DNA of 64,000 nt from Eledone cirrhosa (lineage: Eukaryota). The stretch is from the NCBI GenBank assembly GCA_964016885.1, contig OZ024757.1:13640001-13704000 (forward strand), written 5' to 3'. Shown here piece by piece: positions 37,926 through 51,714 of the stretch; position 1 is the stretch's first letter, and each line of letters starts with the position of its first letter. The notes beneath the pieces are model-generated. The model saw only the letters and a list, made by a program, of their open reading frames with translations, was not told where the DNA came from and did no database searches. A program made the translations under genes and the position numbers.

Positions 37926-38966
37926 GTTTACTCAGCTGTAGAAATGAGATGATAGGGACTGCAAAGTGGTCGTGGAGGTGCCACGGCAAAAAAGCACCCA
38001 GCACTCACTGTAAATGAGGTTGGTGTTAGGAAGGGCATCCAGCTGTAGAAATCAAGCCAGAATCAGTTCCCGTCCCACCCTTGCAAGCAGGGAAAAAGTG
38101 GACGTAAAAATGAAATGAAAAATGATGAAAAATGATATATATATATATGTACAACACACATGTAAACATATAGAGACAACACTCACACACACAAATACCA
38201 TCACACTGTTGCAGATTGTGACAGTAACAATAACAACAACATTAACAACCACAACAACAGTAGCAATAACAACCAGTGCGAGTAATAACAACAGGCAGTC
38301 ACAACAACAACAACAGTAGTAATAACAAGCACAGTCACAATAAACACAGTAACAATAACAACCACAACAACAAGACAGTCACAATAAACACAATAACAAC
38401 CACAACAGCCACAACAACACTAGCAATAACAACAACAGACACAATAACAGTTGCCACAACAACAACAGTAACAACAACAGCCAGAACAATAACAGTAACA
38501 ATGACAACATACGGGTAACAGCTGAAGGTGTTAAACTGTATGGGGGGGGGAGTAGAGTAAGAGAGATAGGGGGAGAGAGAGAGAGGAAGGGAGATGGAGA
38601 GATAATTATTTGTTGAAAATAAAAGCTACAGTAAGATATAAATAAAAGCACCTGTCCTTTGTTTACTGGGGTGGTGGTTAGTGGGGAAGGGTGTAGTTAG
38701 AGGGGGCGGGGGGTAATAGTTGGGTGACAGTTGGTGGGAGGTGGTAGTTGGGTGACAGTTGGGAGAGATGGTAGGGGTGGTAGCTAGAGGTGACAGTATG
38801 GAAAGTCCATTGAGGTTTGGGAGTCTGTATGGGTGATAATAGGGAAAGTCCATTAAAGTAATAGTTTGGGACAGTCTGTAGGGGGTGGTTTCTGATTTAA
38901 GCACAAGGCCAACAACTTTTTTTTTTTTTATCATTTTTGGTGGGGGGGGGGGGGGGGGGGGAGTAA

Positions 38967-39180
38967 CCCTTTAGCATTTAAACCGGCCACATCTGGCCAG
39001 AATTCTCTCACCTCTTTCTGTTCAAACCGGCTGTGACTGGCCACTCATACTGATGTTAAGGTATTGTTCTCAAAATAAATAACGTCAAAATCTCATAGAT
39101 TCGATATTATGTGACATAAAGCCTTTACCACAAAAATACAATAGTATATATAGAGTAATGTAAATGCTAAATACTAAAGG
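38967..39180. mobile_element. family P MITE
   Basis: ccctttagcatttaaaccggcc ... gtaaatgctaa. Confidence 0.85.
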
Positions 39181-39328
39181 AGTAAATCGGACCCCATTGT
39201 ATTACTGGTGCTTTATTTTATCGATCCAGTAAGGCAAAGCTAACACATATTAATGTGAACATATTACACACACACATTCATGTACATAAAACCTTCCAAA
39301 CTATTTATCTAGACACACCAGATAATGT

Positions 39329-39387
<59 letters not shown>

Positions 39388-39389
<2 letters not shown>

Positions 39390-39784
39390 AAAGTTCTATT
39401 TAAATTGTTGGGATACAACAAGCATATATTTTTATAACTGATATAAAGCACTCAACAAATAATTGGAGTAAAAATACAATATTAACAAATGGAAACTATA
39501 TTTATAAAACCATATTTATTTCATTATACATATTTCAAGGACACCAAGTTAAATTTTGGTGTGCTTTCATCAGATAAAATATAATATAGAGCAGTTTTAT
39601 AAATAAAAGGAGCTTCCAACAGTAATGGTTGCATTCTTTAAGGGTATGTCAATATTTATTTATAAAACTGCTCCATATTATATTTTATCTGATGAAAGTA
39701 CACCATAATTTAACTTGGTGTCCTTGAAATATGTATAATGAAATAAATATGGTTTTATAAATATAGTTTCCATTTGTTAATATC

Positions 39785-39785
<1 letters not shown>
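39388..39785. mobile_element. fold-back hammerhead element in (TA)n
   Basis: Arms 39479-39607 and 39655-39783; tail 39388-39478. Confidence 0.88.
39683..39743 (+). ncRNA. type I hammerhead ribozyme
   Basis: ttttat-CTGATGA-aagtacacca-loop-tggtgtcctt-GAAA-tatgta-TA-atgaaa; mirror at 39519-39579 (-). Confidence 0.82.
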
Positions 39786-39828
<43 letters not shown>

Positions 39829-40059
39829 TAGAATGATCGAGAATCGGAATATCAGCCCACGAAATCACGATAAACAATATCCGACATGTGTGGCAGAGGG
39901 CTCAATAATTTGGATAAACCAGAGCTATAACTATCGTTAAAGTACCAACACACAGAGATCGTGCCTAAAATCACCCGTGCAGCCGAAAAAGAACGACCAG
40001 GAAGATTCGGGTCACTCAAATAAAATATCAATAAATTAATAAATTAAATTAATGTAAAA

Positions 40060-40118
<59 letters not shown>

Positions 40119-40572
40119 TACAGAACATGAATAAAAGGCTGGAACATCACTACAAACCAAGACCATCTCATACCACCATCACCATACCACCACCACTACC
40201 AGCACCACCTTATTACTATCACACATACATACACCACTACCATCACCACCACCATCACACATCACCACCACTACCACCACCTCCACCACCACCAACACCA
40301 CTATCAACATGCAGTAAGTGCATTAGTAAATATTTATAGCAGGAGTAATCTATCAGGTGCAGTAATTCAGGACCAAAATAGAAGATAGCAATATCTTTAC
40401 TATATATACAGGGTGTTCCCAGAAAATGTATACACACTTCAACAGCATTCTAATCAAAATGTGTATACAACTTTTTAGGACACCCTGTATATATATACAC
40501 ACACACACATACATAACTGCTTACGTTATTATCTATCTATCTATATATATCATTATATATATATATATATAT

Positions 40573-40765
40573 AGGAAAAAATATGACCCCGACGGCAGAG
40601 CTCAAGCCGTTTCGACAGCTATTTCTGGACTCCAGAAATAGCCGTCGAAACGGCTGAGCTCTGCCGTCGGGGTCATATTTTTCCTATTACCCACTCTACT
40701 ACCCTAAGTATTGAGTACTCTGGTGCGTTATGATCCATCTGGTTCCTTACCACATTTCCTTCATT
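40573..40765 (+). mobile_element. family F fold-back retaining the 3' half of a hammerhead
   Basis: Arms 40573-40629 and 40631-40685; GAAA-cggc-tgagctct-gccg-TC; the CUGANGA half is absent. Confidence 0.75.
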
Positions 40766-40879
40766 ATATATATATAAGAATAATCTTAACTATAATAAAG
40801 AAAGGAATGCGGGACTGCATCCAGAATATATTTTTTTTATCCCGTTTGTAAAATAAGTTGGATTACTTTGAATAAATAA

Positions 40880-41065
40880 TTGTTTCTACTTTAGGCACAA
40901 GGCCAGCAATTACCCAGTGCATTACTGGTACTTTATTTTATCGACCCCGTAAGGATGAAAGGCAAAGTCAACCTCGGCGGGATTTGAACTCAGATCGTAA
41001 AGGGACGTAACTATGCTGGAAAGCATGGCGTCCGACCCTCCACCGATACTGCCAATCCACCGCCC
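40880..41065 (-). mobile_element. SINE S1 with 14-bp target-site duplication
   Basis: tttgaataaataat at 40867-40880 and 41066-41079. Confidence 0.92.
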
Positions 41066-41669
41066 TTTGAATAAATAATGAATGAATATTACATAATTTA
41101 TGTGCTAAATTTCGTGGCTGTTGATTAAATATATTTTATAGCTTATTTAAAGATTCACTTCTTTAAAATTTTCAAATGTCAACACTTCCGGTTAGCGGCC
41201 GTTATATTATAACACTTATAAAAATATCGCATATATTTCCGTCGCTAATTTTCTCCTAATGCAGTTTATATATAATATCGTCTTTTTTTAAATGTATCAT
41301 GGATTACTTTACTGATTACAGAAGACAGTGTAACATAGACTTCGTTCAACTTCTGTGTATATTGTCAATTACGATTTTATTTGATGTATCATATCTACAT
41401 GTGTATATATTTGTGTATAATATCAATATACACACTACACATGCAAGCAGAAAACCACCCAAGGGTGGTTTTTCTGCTAGTATTAGTAATAAACGAAAGA
41501 TATATATTTTATATCATCTCTATTTATTTTATTATATATATTTTTAAGATATAAAGGTTTATGTATAACATAAAGCAAAACATGTCCTCTTCAGACAAAA
41601 TACATAGATATATAATTGTTTCATGATATGCTGGTTGACAAACTAGCTGGACACATCAGTGACCACCAA

Positions 41670-41727
<58 letters not shown>

Positions 41728-41870
41728 CCAAAAGTTTAACAAGGTTCATATCAATGAATAAAGTTTTACAATAGATTAGAAGCACTCAACAAAGAAGTTT
41801 TCTGGAGTTATTAATATTACTTCAAAATATTAATAAATATAGACATTGATGTGATCAAATATATATATAT

Positions 41871-42133
41871 AAGTTTATCCCGGGTTCATTTGGAGTTAAC
41901 CACAGTAAGTAAGGTACTCAGTACATAGCAGAGTATATTTAATATAGAAATGGCTTCTACAGGACTACAACTGTTTCATTCGGGAGAAATCATCAGGAAT
42001 GAAACAGATTTTTCCCGAATGAAATAGTTCTAGTCCTGTAGAAGCCATTTCTATATTAAATATTTATACTCTGCTATGTACTGAATACCTTACTTACTGT
42101 GGTTACCCCGCGAATGAACTCGGGATAAACTTA
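41871..42133. mobile_element. family C fold-back hammerhead element
   Basis: Arms 41871-41990 and 42008-42133; hammerhead at 41955-41999 (-): ttc-CTGATGA-tttctcccgaat-GAAA-cag...ctg-TA-gaa. Confidence 0.85.
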
Positions 42134-42310
42134 TATAAATATATATATATGATTTAATATCTTAAACTTTCATTACCATATTTCTAATTAAAAATAAACA
42201 CTGCTTATGATTTTCAAATAATTTTGAAAATAATCAACAATTAGGAAGAACTTAGTAATATAACTAACTTTCTCATTATCAAACTGGTGTTTGGAATAAA
42301 GCTTAAAGAG

Positions 42311-42600
42311 TCTTCTTCTTGGCCTACTTATTCCTGAGAGGGTTGTGGGGGCAGAGTCCTCAAAAACTTCTTCAAGCGGGTCCTAACAGAAGCAACCGTC
42401 TCCAACTGATCCAGCTTGATCCCCAAGTAACCCCAGCCAAGCTCATGGATCTTATCCAACCATTTTCCTCATGGTTTACCCCTGGATCTCCTACTGGTTG
42501 GTTTTTGCCCATAAAATCTGTCTAGCTGTTCTCAGCAACAACACCTTCACCATTTTGCCTGTAGGGCCCAGCTGAGATACACCACATAGACTGGTATGTT
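42311..42600 (-). mobile_element. degraded Rex3/Expander-like RTE 3' end
   Basis: Homologous to 54865-55080; (GAA)n-type end. Confidence 0.55.
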
Positions 42601-43078
42601 AACTCTGCAGCTCTCTCACACCACTCCCTTTTCCCTCACTTTTGCCATTTACCATATATACTCGAATATAAACGAACCCTCAATATCATGTGTGAGAAAT
42701 AGGTGAACATCCAAACCCCATTTATATAAACCAGGGCACCTAATCAACACATTGTTTAGATGGTGTGTATAAGCTAACCTCTGATTTTGGTCGCATATTC
42801 CATCACACTCCTAGGCTTATATTCAAGCTATCATCATCATCATCATCATCGTCCAGATTTTGATTATGCAGAACACAAATAAATCCCTAACTAGGAGCGG
42901 GTCCTGCCTGACAGCGCTCCTTAGCTCCATGTGTTTCTGTCTGCTGGTCTCACTTGGGCCAGGCCAAGCCAGGCCATATATACAGTAATTTTTTTGTCTC
43001 ATTCTTTTTCTTTTTTTATATTTATTGCAAACATATAATCCACTTGAAATTTGTTGAATAAAGTTTTTTTAGGTTTAA

Positions 43079-43288
43079 CCCTTTAGCATTTACATTACTC
43101 TCTATATTTACTATTATATTTTCACAGTAAACACTTTATCTCACATAATATCGAAATCTATGAGATTTTGATATTATTTAATCTAAGAAAATACCTTAAC
43201 ATCAGTATGAGTAGCCAGTTATGGCCGGTTTAAACAGAAAGAGGTGAAATAATTTTGGCCGGTTATGGCCGGTATAAATGCTAAAGGG
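43079..43288. mobile_element. family P MITE
   Basis: ttaa|ccctttagcatttaca ... taaatgctaaaggg. Confidence 0.85.
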
Positions 43289-43333
43289 TGAAATTGAAAC
43301 CCTACTAAATTTTCAAGAGAGATAGAGTGTGTG

Positions 43334-43374
<41 letters not shown>

Positions 43375-44266
43375 AATTGGTTAGTGATGCACCAGGGTAA
43401 GTGGGTAGATAGACAACAGCAACCAGAAGATGATAGGGGTGGTGTGTGGGTGTAGACAGGAGGGGTGAACTGGTGCAGCAGCTATCCAATATCTGAATGA
43501 ACTGGTAGCATGAATGAAAGTTTAGAAGTTAGTATATGAATAAACACAAAACCTAACTACCCACCTTCCGACAAACACAGACACACATATATATATATAT
43601 ATATACTCATACACACCTCCCACACACATAAGTACATACCTGTCTATGTAGCTACCCTTAATTAGTGTCTGCGGGTAGGTAATGGGTGGGATATGTTGGT
43701 GACTGAGATAGAAATAGTACTGGTAGGTAGATAGAGAAATAGATAGGTGGGTGGGTATATATATATATACTCTGTCTTTTTCGCACACACACACACACAC
43801 ACACATGCATATGCACATATACACGCACACATATGTGCATATGCACATACACAGATGTAAAAACAAACATAGCAGTAACCACAAAAATAACCAAAATAGC
43901 AACCACACATACCAGTCATGCACAGAACAACCATATATATTTAGCTACACTTCCGACACACACACACACGGCCATATATATACATACATATACATACATG
44001 CATACATACTAGATATACATACACACAACTACATATACATACATACAGACACATACACACATGCACCTACATATACATACATACATAGACACATACACAC
44101 ACACAACTATATATACATACATACATAGACACATACACACACACACATATATATACATATATGCATACATACATAAACATATCTATATACCAGTAACCAC
44201 AAAAATAACCAAAATACCATCAACACCAGTCATATGCAGAACTAACAACAACTGCAACATACGTTT

Positions 44267-45740
44267 ACCAAAACTTTCATTACACACACAAACACACCAA
44301 AACTTTCATTACACACACAGACATACCAAAACTTTCATTACACACACAGACACACAAAAACTTTCATTACACACACAGACACACCAAAACTTTCATTACA
44401 CACACAAACACACCAAAACTTTCATTACACACAAACACACCAAAACTTTCATTACACACACAGACACACCAAAACTTTCATTACACACACAAACACACCA
44501 AAACTTTCATTACACACACAGACACACCAAAACTTTCATTACACACACAGACACACCAAAACTTTCATTACACACACAGACACACCAAAACTTTCATTAC
44601 ACACACAAACACACCAAAACTTTCATTACACACAGACACACCAAAACTTTCATTACACACAGACACACCAAAACTTTCATTACACACACAGACACACCAA
44701 AACTTTCATTACACACACAGACACACCAAAACTTTCATTACACACAGACACACCAAAACTTTCATTACACACAGACACACCAAAACTTTCATTACACACA
44801 CAGACACACCAAAACTTTCATTACACACACAGACACACCAAAACTTTCATTACACACAGACACACCAAAACTTTCATTACACACAGACACACCAAAACTT
44901 TCATTACACACAGACACACCAAAACTTTCATTACACACAGACACACCAAAACTTTCATTACACACAAACACACCAAAACTTTCATTACACACAGACACAC
45001 CAAAACTTTCATTACACACAAACACACCAAAACTTTCATTACACACAGACACACCAAAACTTTCATTACACACACAGACACACCAAAACTTTCATTACAC
45101 ACAGACACACCAAAACTTTCATTACACACAGACACACCAAAACTTTCATTACACACACAGACACACCAAAACTTTCATTACACACACAGACACACCAAAA
45201 CTTTCATTACACAGACACACCAAAACTTTCATTACACACAAACACACCAAAACTTTCATTACACACAGACACACCAAAACTTTCATTACACACAAACACA
45301 CCAAAACTTTCATTACACACAGACACACCAAAACTTTCATTACACACACAGACACACCAAAACTTTCATTACACACAAACACACCAAAACTTTCATTACA
45401 CACACAGACACACCAAAACTTTCATTACACACAGACACACCAAAACTTTCATTACACACACAGACACACCAAAACTTTCATTACACACAGACACACCAAA
45501 ACTTTCATTACACACACAGACACACCAAAACTTTCATTACACACAGACACACCAAAACTTTCATTACACACAGACACACCAAAACTTTCATTACACACAC
45601 AGACACACCAAAACTTTCATTACACACACAGACACATCAAAACTTTCATTACACACAGACACACCAAAACTTTCATTACACACACAGACACACCAAAACT
45701 TTCATTACACACACAGACACACCAAAACTTTCATTACATA
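44267..45740. repeat. homogeneous 27/29-bp minisatellite, about 50 units
   Basis: accaaaactttcatt(ac)n-a[g/a]acac; units differ by one AC dinucleotide. Confidence 0.95.
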
Positions 45741-45753
45741 CACACATTATTTA

Positions 45754-46132
45754 AGGGCGGTGGATTGGCAGTATTGGTAGAGCGTCAGACACTATGAGTT
45801 ATGGCCCTTTACGTTCTGAGTTCAAATCCCGCCGAGGTTAACTTTGCCTTTGATCCTTAAGGGGTCGATAAAATAAAGCACCAGTAATGTACTGGGGTAA
45901 TTGTTGGCCTTGTGCCAAAAGTAGAAACAATTATTTAAGGGCAGTAGATTGGCAGTATAGGTAGAGGGTCGGATGCCATGCTTTGCAACATAGAGTTAAT
46001 GCCCTTTACGTTCTGAGTTCAAATCTCAAGGTTTACTTTGCCTTTCATCCTTATGGGCTCGATAAAATAAAGTACCAGTAATGCACTGGGATAATTGCAG
46101 GCAGGCCTTGTGCCAAAAGTAGAAACAATTAT
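45754..46132 (+). mobile_element. two tandem SINE S1 copies
   Basis: Separated and flanked by attatttaa. Confidence 0.88.
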
Positions 46133-46289
46133 TTAATGTCTGCATTACATGCTAGCAATGGCTGAACGTACACACACGTACATATATGAGAATCGAACTT
46201 ACAACCTCTCAATTGCATCCCCAATGCTCTAACCACTAAGCCATGCGCCTTCACATACATATATACATGCACACACAGACAGACATGCA

Positions 46290-47250
46290 GATATGTTGAT
46301 GGTGATGCTTAACAGATGTTGATGGTGATGCTTAACAGATGTTAATGGCGATTGTTAACAGATGTTGACGGTGATGCTTAACAGGTGATGATGGTGGTGG
46401 TTAACAGATGGTGATGGCTACAGATGATGGTGGCTAACAGATGTTGATGGCGATTGTTAACAGATGTTGACGGTGATGCTTAACAGGTGATGATGGTGGT
46501 GGTTAACAGATGGTGATGGCTACAGATGATGGTGGCTAACAGATGGTGATGGTTAACTGATGGCAATGGTTAACAGATGTTGATGGTGATGCTTAACAGG
46601 TGATGATGGTGGTGGTTAACAGATGGTGATGGCTACAGATGATGGTGGCTAACAGATGGTGATGGTTAACTGATGGCAATGGTTAACAGATGTTGATGGT
46701 GATGCTTAACAGGTAATGATGGTGGTGGTTAACAGATGGTGATGGCTACAGATGGTGATGGTTAACTGATGGCAATGGTTAACAGATGTTGATGGTGATG
46801 CTTAACAGGTGATGATGGTGGTGGTTAACAGATGGTGATGGCTACAGATGATGGTGGCTAACAGATGGTGATGGTTAACTGATGGCAATGGTTAACAGAT
46901 GTTGACGGTGATGCTTAACAGGTGATGATGGCGGTAGTTAACAGATGGTGATGGCTACAGATGATGGTGGCTAACAGATGGTGATGGTTAACTGATGGCA
47001 ATGGTTAACAGATGTTGATGGTGATGCTTAACAGATGCTAATGATGATGATGGTAATGGCTAAAAGACGTTGAGGGTGATTGTTGACAGATGATGATGGT
47101 TAACATGTTGATGGCTAACTGATGGCAATGGTTAACAAATGATGATGGCATCATTAATAGATGGTAAAGGCATTGATTACAGATGGTGATGGGTAACAAA
47201 TGGCATTGGTTACAGATGGTGATGGTGATGGCAACGGATGGTGATTGTTA
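46290..47250. repeat. (GAT/GGT)-rich minisatellite with higher-order units
   Basis: Recurring taacagatggtgatgg and gcttaacaggtgatgatgg. Confidence 0.9.
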
Positions 47251-47708
47251 ACAGAACTGCTGCTGCACCAGTTCCCCTAGGAACAGTTAACGATGTTAGT
47301 CACCAATTAATTACATGGCCAGTAATTTGACTGTCAATCACAGTGGAAATGTCACACTCTCACATCACTACCAATACTACTACTTCAACTACTATTACTA
47401 CCACATCACCACCACCACTACCAATACTACTACAACTACTATTACTATCACTACCAACACCACTACTATTACTATTACTACCACAATAATCACCACAACT
47501 ACCACCACTTCTACTACTATACTATCACTACAATCAACACCACCCCAACTATTACTAACACAATCACCACCACCACGACAACTACTATCACTACAATCAA
47601 CACCACCCCAACTATTACTACCACAATCACCACTAACATTACTAAATCCCTCCAAATTCTTGATTATTTTCAAATTTAATTGAAATTCATAGGCAATGTA
47701 ATTAGAAA

Positions 47709-48229
47709 CCCTTTAGCATTTAAACCAGCCATATCCGGCCAGAATTCTCTCACTTCTTTCTGTTAAAACTAGCTGTATCCAGCATTTACATTACTCTATA
47801 TATACTATTATATTTTCACTGTAAAGGCTTTACCTCACATAATTATCTAACATAATATCGAATCTATGAGATTTTCATATTTATTTTGAGAACAATACGT
47901 TAACATCAGTATGAGCAGCTGGTTACAGCCAGTTTGAACAGAACTAGCTGTATTCAGCATTTACATTACTCTATATATACTATTATGCTTTGACGCATAG
48001 AGTTACGGCCCTTGCCATTCTGAGTTCAAATCCTGCCGAGGTTAACTTTGCCTTTCATCCTTACGGGGTCGATATAATAAAGTACCAGTAATACACTGGG
48101 TAATTGCTGGCCTTGTGCCAAAAGTAGAAACAATTATATTTTCACCGTAAAGCAGCTGGTTACAGCCAGTTTGAACAGAAGGAAGTGAGAGAATTTTAGC
48201 TGGATACGGCCAGTTTAAATTCTAAAGGG
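47709..48229. mobile_element. rearranged family P MITE with a SINE S1 insertion (47985-48137)
   Basis: TIR ends ccctttagcattt and tctaaaggg|ttaa. Confidence 0.8.
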
Positions 48230-49534
48230 TTAACGCAAGCTCTTGTCAAAAACATGAGAATAAAATTTAACATTTTAAAATGGGTTCACCCACATCTTTC
48301 TCTGACGCCTTTAGTCTCTGACAACAAAAAAACCCCAATGGGTTATGAAAGAGAAAACTGAGAGAAAGGACACCACCTACACAACTTACCACCATCACAC
48401 AATATGGGATGCTTTTCAGGGGTTGGGGATGGGTTTGCTTTTTATTTAGTTTCCCAGGGGTTTGTTAAATTTCATTGCTACCTTTTCAATTAACCACCAC
48501 CAAACACTCCCCACCCTGAAAATGCATTCAACCCCATTAGTACAGCCTTAAGACCCTTCACCTTACACCCAGTGTAACAAACTTTCCTAAAGGGCAACTG
48601 GGTAGCATTTCTTTGACAATCTCTCTCTCTCTCATACTCATACTCTCATGCATTCTCTCTCACACACATGCACTCTCTCTTACACACACACACATACTCA
48701 TATACTCTCACACACACACACATGCACTCATATACACAAGCACTCATACACATACATACATATACTCACACACACACACACTCACAGACACTCTCTCACA
48801 CACACATGCACTCACACACATACATACATACTCACACACACATGCACTCTCTCACACACACTCTCTCACACAAACACATGCACTCACACATACATACGCA
48901 TACTCACACACGCGCACTCTCTCTCTCACACACACACACACTCTCTCGCACACATAAATACTCATACACTCTCACACACACACATACAAACACACACATA
49001 TACACACATACAAACACACACATATACACACATACAAACACACACATATACACTCATACAAACACACATATACACTCATACAAACACACATATACACACA
49101 TACAAACACATATACACACATACAAACACACACATATACACACATACAAACACACACATATACACACATACAAACACACACATATACACACATACAAACA
49201 CACACATATACACAGCACCATTATAAACTTTCAATCCCTTTTATTTCCTTTACATAGGTGACATGGAGTCAGGATTTTTCAGGGCGGAGTCTGATTGCTT
49301 TTCCATGTAACTAATTGTCTAGCTTCGATAGCCTCCCTCCACAGACCCTACTGCTACTCCACTCCCCCACCCCCCTATGGGTGGGGGAGTGGGACTGAGG
49401 GTCAAACAGCCACATCTTGCTACCCTCAGCTTATAGGCTCAGATTTCTTAAAAAGGTTTCGGGTGGTGTTTGTTTGTGAAGTGAAGCAGCTCAAATTCCA
49501 CATTAACAAAGACTGGTACTAACAAAGGTGACTG

Positions 49535-50180
49535 CAGTTGTGGTAGTAGTTCTGGTGGTGGTGGTGGTGGTAGAAGTAGTAGTGGTGGTGGTAGTAGTGG
49601 TGGTGGTGGTAGTAGTGGTGGTGGTGGTGGTGGTAGTGATGGTAGTAGTGGTTGTAGTGGTGGTGGTGGTGGTTCTGGTGGTGGTGGTGTTGGTAGTAGT
49701 AGTGGTGGTGGTGGTGGTGGTGGTAGTAGTGGTGGTGGTGGTGGTGGTGGTAGTGATGGTAGTAGTGGTTGTAGTGGTGGTGGTGGTGGTAGTTCTGGTG
49801 GTGGTGGTGTTGGTAGAAGTAGTAGTGGTGGTGGTGGTAGTAGTGGTGGTGGTGGTGGTGGTAGTAGTAGTAGTGGTGGTGGTAGTGGCGGTGGTGGCAC
49901 TAGTAGTGATGGTTGTGGTGGTGATGGTGGTAGTGGTGGGGATTGTGGCGGTAGTGGTGGTAATAGTAGTCTGGTGGTGGTGGTGGTGGTCATGGTCGTG
50001 ATAGTGGTAGTGGCACTAGTAGTGATGGTGGTAGGTCGGGGTGTGTGTGTGGACGGGGGGTAATAGTAATGATGGTGGTTGTGATAGTTGTGGTTCTAGT
50101 GGTGGTAGTGGTAGTTCTGGTGGTTGTGATAACTGTAGTGGCACTAGTATTGATTGTGGTGATGGTGATGATAGTGGTTG
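49535..50180. repeat. (GGT/AGT)n low-complexity tract
   Basis: Visible trinucleotide repeats. Confidence 0.92.
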
Positions 50181-50349
50181 TGATACTGAAAGTGTATTTA
50201 AATATTTACATTGTAGCTTTCACCCACCTCTGCCTCTAAGGCAGTAGTATTAGTACTTATACCTATAGGAATGTGATAATAAATGAATACCGAGTGGCGA
50301 CTAATGGCTAAACAATAAATAGGGGGAAACCTAAATATGGAATTTTACG

Positions 50350-50628
50350 GAATCCCCCCCACCCACAGCCCCGGCGGACAGGATGGAGAAGGCGTTCCCA
50401 CGGAGGACGGCAAGGAAGGGAGACGCGCTGGAAAAGCCACTCCAACTCGCGGGGTTCACACCTGCGGCTGGCCAGCTCAGCGCCTATGGTGGTAAGTAGG
50501 GAGGTAGCGCTAGGGCTGAGGACACCAGAAGTCGCCACTGCCAGGGGTACAACCGTAAACCTGTCGGAGAGCGACCGGTATTTGAGGAGCTTGCCCTCCT
50601 TAGCCCGATGTGCAGCAGAGAGGTTGAT
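50350..50628 (-). pseudogene. CRE-clade retrotransposon endonuclease fragment, second copy
   Basis: AAHRAKEGKLLKYRSLSDRFTVVPLAVATSGVLSP...LEWLFQRVSL; homologous to 17490-17690. Confidence 0.8.
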
Positions 50629-50793
50629 CTAGTGGTAGTGATGATGATGATGCCAACACTCCATTCTTTCCCTTACCCAGTATTTAATAATTAACATTTC
50701 ATGACTATATTTCTAATTAAACACACTCTATTTCAATTAATTGATAAAAAAATTTTAAGAGATTTACTAAAATTATTAATTACTTCATTATTA

Positions 50794-51312
50794 ATCCTTT
50801 AGCATTTACATTACTCTGTATTTACTATTTCATTTTCATGGTAAACACTTTATCTCACATAATATCGAATCTATGAGATTTTGATATTATTTATTTTGAG
50901 AACAATACCTTAAACCATTAGCATTTAAACCGGCCATATCCGGCCAGAATTCTCTCACCTCTTTCTGTTCAAACCAGCCATAACCGGCCAGAATTCTCTC
51001 ACATCTTTCTGTTTAAACCGGCTGCATCTGGCCAGAATTCTCTCACCACTTTTTGTTCAAACCAGCCATATCCGGCCAGAATTCTCTCACCTCTTTCTGT
51101 TCAAACCAGCCATAACCGGCCAGAATTCTCTCACATCTGTTTAAACCAGCTGCATCTGGCCAGAATTCTCTCACCACTTTTTGTTCAAACCGGCCGTATC
51201 CAGCCAAAATCCTCTCACCTCTTTCTCTTGAAACTGGCTGTAACCAGCTGCTCATACTGATGTTGGTATTGTTCTCAAAATAAATAATATCAAAATCTCA
51301 TAGATTCGATAT
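50794..51312. mobile_element. family P MITE composite with internal tandem amplification
   Basis: About 6 repeats of ggccagaattctctcac..ttctgttcaaac at 50930-51240. Confidence 0.8.
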
Positions 51313-51714
51313 CCTTTAATAATTCAAAAAATATAAATTCATTGCCTTTGTGATTGGTAAACTATAATGGAGAAGGGGTGGCTGTGAGGGTGTAAGAGGA
51401 GCGCCTCTATAGAACCCCACATCCTGTTATTAGGTTGAAAATCTGTGTCCCTTAATTTGAAGTACTCTTTGAACACTTGGGTTTTATATGGAGAGATATC
51501 TATACAATACTTTATCATAACTGAAGTGGGCAGAGATAGGATATTGAGGGTAGAGGGCTGGGGGGGGGGTATAGCTGAGAGAAGGAATATATGTTAGTGT
51601 GTGTGTGTAAAAGAGAGACAGAGAGAGAGTGTGTGTGTAAATGGGAGACAGAGTTTATTTGTGTGTGTGTAGAAAAGAGAGATAGAGAGATAGGGAGTGT
51701 GTTTACCTTGCATG

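Noticed and set aside
40783-40850. tcttaactataataaagaaaggaatgcggga, repeated at 63935-64000, as a Helitron 5' end
   Set aside because: It is a real repeat, but I could not assign a convincing 3' hairpin-CTAG end
44061-45797. 578-aa ORF and CRISPR-like regular repeats
   Set aside because: Tandem minisatellite without unique spacers; no cas genes; eukaryotic context
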